64,000 bases of DNA from the NCBI GenBank assembly GCA_963806225.1, contig CAWDXG010000004.1, forward strand, positions 2,080,001 through 2,144,000, read 5' to 3'. The notes beneath the pieces are model-generated. The model searched no databases, was not told the DNA's origin, and saw nothing but the letters and a program-made list of their open reading frames with translations. Every line of letters begins with the position of its first letter. Position 1 is the stretch's first letter. A program made the position numbers and the translations under genes. Of this stretch, positions 60,797 to 64,000 are shown piece after piece. The DNA is from an uncultured delta proteobacterium. GTDB taxonomy: Bacteria > Myxococcota_A > Polyangia > Polyangiales > Polyangiaceae.

Positions 60797-62314
60797 TCAG
60801 CCCCGGACCGCCTCTCCGCTGCGAGAACGACGCACTGCGTCATGCCAGCGCTCCACATGTGCGGCGCGATCCTCGTCGCTCATCCCCACACTGAAGCTCT
60901 TGTCGATCTTGATCATCTGCGCGGCCTCGGCGCCGCTGTTGAAAAGCCCGGCGCCGACTCCCGCCAACATCGCGGCGCCACGTGCGGTCGACTCCAGCTC
61001 GCTGGGACGCTCGACCGTGACCCGGGAGATGTCACTTTGGAACTCCATTAGAAGATCGTTCGCTGCAGCGCCCCCGTCAACCCGCATGCGGGCGATTGGC
61101 TGACCGAGGTCGTCACTCATGGCCTGCAGCAGGTCGTTGACCTGGAAGGCGATCGCCTCGAGCGTCGCGCGCGCCAGGTGCGCCGCGGTGGTGCCGCGGG
61201 TCAAGCCGCTGATCAGCCCGCGGGCGTCGGGATCCCAGTACGGCGCGCCCAGGCCGGCGAGCGCCGGGACGAACACGACGCCGTCGCTGGAGGGGACTTT
61301 CCGCGCCAGCTCCTCGATCTCGGCAGCGGACTGCACCAGCCCGAGCCCGTCGCGCAGCCACTGCACGGCCGCGCCCGCGATGAAACAGCTCCCCTCCAGG
61401 GCGTAGACGACCTCGTCACCAATCTGCCAGCCCAGCGTGGAAAGCAGCCCGAACCGGCTCGGGACGGGGGTGCTTCCGGTGTTGACCAGCACGAAGGCGC
61501 CCGTCCCGTAGGTGCACTTGGCTTCACCCTGCTGGAAGCAGGCCTGACCGAACAGCGCGGCGTGCTGGTCGCCCGCCATGCCGGCGATGGGGATCCCGTC
61601 GGGCAGATCCGCCAGGCCCTTGGTGCGCCCGATGGCACCGGCTGAGGGCACGATGCGCGGCAGAAGCGCCTGTGGGACACCGAGCAGCTCGCACATTCCC
61701 GGGTGCCACTCGCGCTTTCGGAGATCCATGAGCAGCGTGCGGGAAGCGTTCGTCACATCCGTAACGTGGGGTGCCATCTGGGCGGCGCCGCCGGCCAGCT
61801 TCCACACCAGGAACGAGTCGATCGTGCCGAACGCGAGCTCGCCGCGCTCGGCACGCGGCCGGGCACCGTCGACGTTGTCCAGCAGCCAGCCGATCTTCGT
61901 TCCGGCAAAGTAGGGGTCGATGACCAGGCCGGTCGCCTCCCGCACGGCGGCCTCGTGGCCCCCTTGCTTGAGCTTCTGGCAGCGGTCGGCCGTCCGGCGG
62001 TCCTGCCACACGATCGCCCGGTGGAGCGGTGCGTCGGTTTTCCGGTCCCAGAGCAGCGTGGTCTCGCGCTGGTTGGTGATGCCGATAGCCGCAACGTCGG
62101 CCCCGCTGATCCCCGCCCGTTTCAGCGCCTCGCGGACCGAGCCGGTGACGCTGACCCAGATTTCCTCCGGTTGATGCTCCACCCAGCCGGGCTGGGGGAA
62201 GTGCTGGGGAAATTCCTGGTTCGCGCGGCCGAGCGTGGAGCCGTCCGTCCCCATGACGAGGGCCGTCGAACCCGTGGTGCCCTGGTCGATGGCCAGAATG
62301 TGCTTGTCCGCCAC
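60797..62314 (-). CDS. glpK: Glycerol kinase
   Basis: LAIDQGTT, GITNQRET, VWQDRRT, TDVTNASRT, GDQ, KCTYGTG, YALEGS, GLGAPYWD, VDGG. Confidence 0.96.
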   Translation of the reverse strand: MADKHILAIDQGTTGSTALVMGTDGSTLGRANQEFPQHFPQPGWVEHQPEEIWVSVTGSVREALKRAGISGADVAAIGITNQRETTLLWDRKTDAPLHRAIVWQDRRTADRCQKLKQGGHEAAVREATGLVIDPYFAGTKIGWLLDNVDGARPRAERGELAFGTIDSFLVWKLAGGAAQMAPHVTDVTNASRTLLMDLRKREWHPGMCELLGVPQALLPRIVPSAGAIGRTKGLADLPDGIPIAGMAGDQHAALFGQACFQQGEAKCTYGTGAFVLVNTGSTPVPSRFGLLSTLGWQIGDEVVYALEGSCFIAGAAVQWLRDGLGLVQSAAEIEELARKVPSSDGVVFVPALAGLGAPYWDPDARGLISGLTRGTTAAHLARATLEAIAFQVNDLLQAMSDDLGQPIARMRVDGGAAANDLLMEFQSDISRVTVERPSELESTARGAAMLAGVGAGLFNSGAEAAQMIKIDKSFSVGMSDEDRAAHVERWHDAVRRSRSGEAVRG

Positions 62315-62454
62315 GGCCCGAGCCTACCAGATCCCGGCTGCCACGAAACGGCCGCCTGTGGCGCGCCGGCGACCCCGTTTTGTGGGGCGATCCGCCCCCG
62401 CGGAGGGGTCACGCTTGTCGCGGCGGGGTCGTGACGGTAGCCTTCTTTCCCGCG

Positions 62455-64000
62455 ATGCCGCGTCTCCTCCTCGCTACCCCGGAAGGTCAGCAGGTCGTAG
62501 AGCTGCGGGCGCACAACTCCCTCGGCCGCCACCCTTCCAACTCGATCCAGCTCCTCGACAAGATCGTGTCGAAGGAGCACTGCACGATCGAGCAAAGGGA
62601 CGACGGCTTTCACCTCAGGGATCTGGGCAGCCTCAACGGCACGTACATCAACGGCGAGCGCGTCGTCGGCGAGCAGCGCCTGCGCCACGGCGACGACATC
62701 GCGCTCGGCACGACGCGCGCGCGCTTCGACGACGGGTCGGGACAACCGCTCGCGCCTCCGCCATCGGTTGCAGCAGCCCCGGCAGGGCCCCCGGCGTGGC
62801 AGTCGGGCGCCGGCCAGGCGTCAGCACCGGTTCCGGCCAGCCATGTCCCCGCGTCGTCCCACGCTTCGCCTCCGGCGCCACCGGCGTACGCGGAATCCGC
62901 CGCCGTCGCGCGCCGCCCCCTGGGCGTGACGATCGACGACGTGCCGGGCGACCAGATGCCGCCTGTCAACGCCACGCGCGTGGACGTGAACGACCAGGCC
63001 CGCGCGATCGGCACGCAGATCGCCGCCACGCAGAAGGGCTTTCTGCCGTACGAGCAGGTGGCGGGCAATCCCCAGCAGCTGCAGGCCGACTACGAGCGCC
63101 TGCGCCTCAGCCACGAGCTCAGCCGCGAGATCGCGCTCGAACGCGATCTGCCCACGCTCTTGAACAAGATCCTGATGACGATCTTCAAGTTCGTGCGGGC
63201 GGACCGCGGCGTCATCTTCCTGATGGACAGCAACGCCGAGCTGCGCCCCGGCGCAAGCCTGCGCCGCGACGGTACCGACGCACCGATCAGCGTGTCGTCC
63301 ACGATCATGAATCACGTGATCAAGGAGCGGGCCACGGTGCTGACCCACGACGCGGCCATGGATTTCGCCGCATCGAAGGGCAAGAGCATGATCCTGAACC
63401 GGATCAGCTCGGCCATCGTCGCGCCGCTCCTGCACAACGACGAGATCCTCGGCGTGTTGTGGCTCGACAGCGAGACGCTCGCGCAGTTCCAGCCGAAGGA
63501 CATGGAGATCGTGACGAGCATCGCCGCGCAAGCCGGCATGTTTATCGAGATCAACATCCTCGGCAAGAAGATCGAAAAGGAGATCATCAACCGCGAGCGT
63601 TTCAGCCGGCTGCTCTCGCCCAACGTGGCCGAGCGCGTGCTGTCGGGCGAGCTCGAGGTGAAGAAGGGCGGTCAGCTCGTCGAGGAGTGCACCGTCTTCA
63701 ACTCCGACATCCGCGGCTTCACGCGCATGAGCGAAGGCGCACGCCCGGAAGGCATCGTCGAGATGCTCAACGAGTACTTCGAGCAGATGGTCGAGACGCT
63801 GTTCAAGTACGAGGGCACGCTCGACAAGTTCATGGGCGACGGCATCATGGCGCTGTGGGGCGCGCCGGTGGCGCATCCCGACGACGCGCTACGTTGCGTG
63901 AGCTGCGCCATCGAGCAGATGGAAGCGCTCGGCAAGTTCAACAGAAAGCGCATGGAGCTCAACGTCCCGCCGCTGGCCGTGGGCATCGGCGTCCACACCG
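62455..64000 (+). CDS. FHA-GAF-class III adenylate/guanylate cyclase (3' end beyond the window; absent from the ORF track)
   Basis: ATG 62455 MPRLLLATPEG...LGRHPSN...VSKEH...DLGSLNGT (FHA); GAF (SAIVAPLL...LGVLWLDS); SDIRGFT, LNEYF, DKFMGDGIMALWGAP. Confidence 0.93.
   Translation, partial: MPRLLLATPEGQQVVELRAHNSLGRHPSNSIQLLDKIVSKEHCTIEQRDDGFHLRDLGSLNGTYINGERVVGEQRLRHGDDIALGTTRARFDDGSGQPLAPPPSVAAAPAGPPAWQSGAGQASAPVPASHVPASSHASPPAPPAYAESAAVARRPLGVTIDDVPGDQMPPVNATRVDVNDQARAIGTQIAATQKGFLPYEQVAGNPQQLQADYERLRLSHELSREIALERDLPTLLNKILMTIFKFVRADRGVIFLMDSNAELRPGASLRRDGTDAPISVSSTIMNHVIKERATVLTHDAAMDFAASKGKSMILNRISSAIVAPLLHNDEILGVLWLDSETLAQFQPKDMEIVTSIAAQAGMFIEINILGKKIEKEIINRERFSRLLSPNVAERVLSGELEVKKGGQLVEECTVFNSDIRGFTRMSEGARPEGIVEMLNEYFEQMVETLFKYEGTLDKFMGDGIMALWGAPVAHPDDALRCVSCAIEQMEALGKFNRKRMELNVPPLAVGIGVHT

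Overview
High-GC, gene-dense chromosomal window from a myxobacterium, most likely Polyangiaceae/Sorangiineae-like. That assignment is an inference from the MYXO-CTERM tail, several Gly/Ser-linker lipoproteins, an FrgA-like protein, a Ser/Thr kinase and an FHA-GAF-cyclase. About 50 CDS are supported. I recognised no rRNA, tRNA, CRISPR array, transposase or integrase. Recognisable loci: comM-recA; a thioester alpha-2-macroglobulin; a c-di-AMP cluster (PgpH-like HD phosphodiesterase divergent from folP-cdaA-cdaR); boxR/boxC/boxB benzoyl-CoA oxidation genes with a clear operator but no boxA; and glpK. The best candidate for an under-described system is a three-gene MNIO (DUF692) RiPP locus at 41928-44015. 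Its 87-aa precursor, hidden inside a spurious long ORF, is a predicted lipoprotein with a duplicated CxGxNDCKGKGGC core (bufferin BufA2-like), and the locus lacks the DoxX and sigma/anti-sigma genes. Other notable items: two adjacent apparent pseudoenzymes (an S46 peptidase with catalytic Ser->Ala, and a RecQ with degenerate ATPase motifs fused to a histone-H1-like repeat), a Kunitz-like lipoprotein, a SWIM-GNAT fusion and a hairpin-bearing 162-bp tandem array. All family assignments come from motif recognition by eye, not from database searches.
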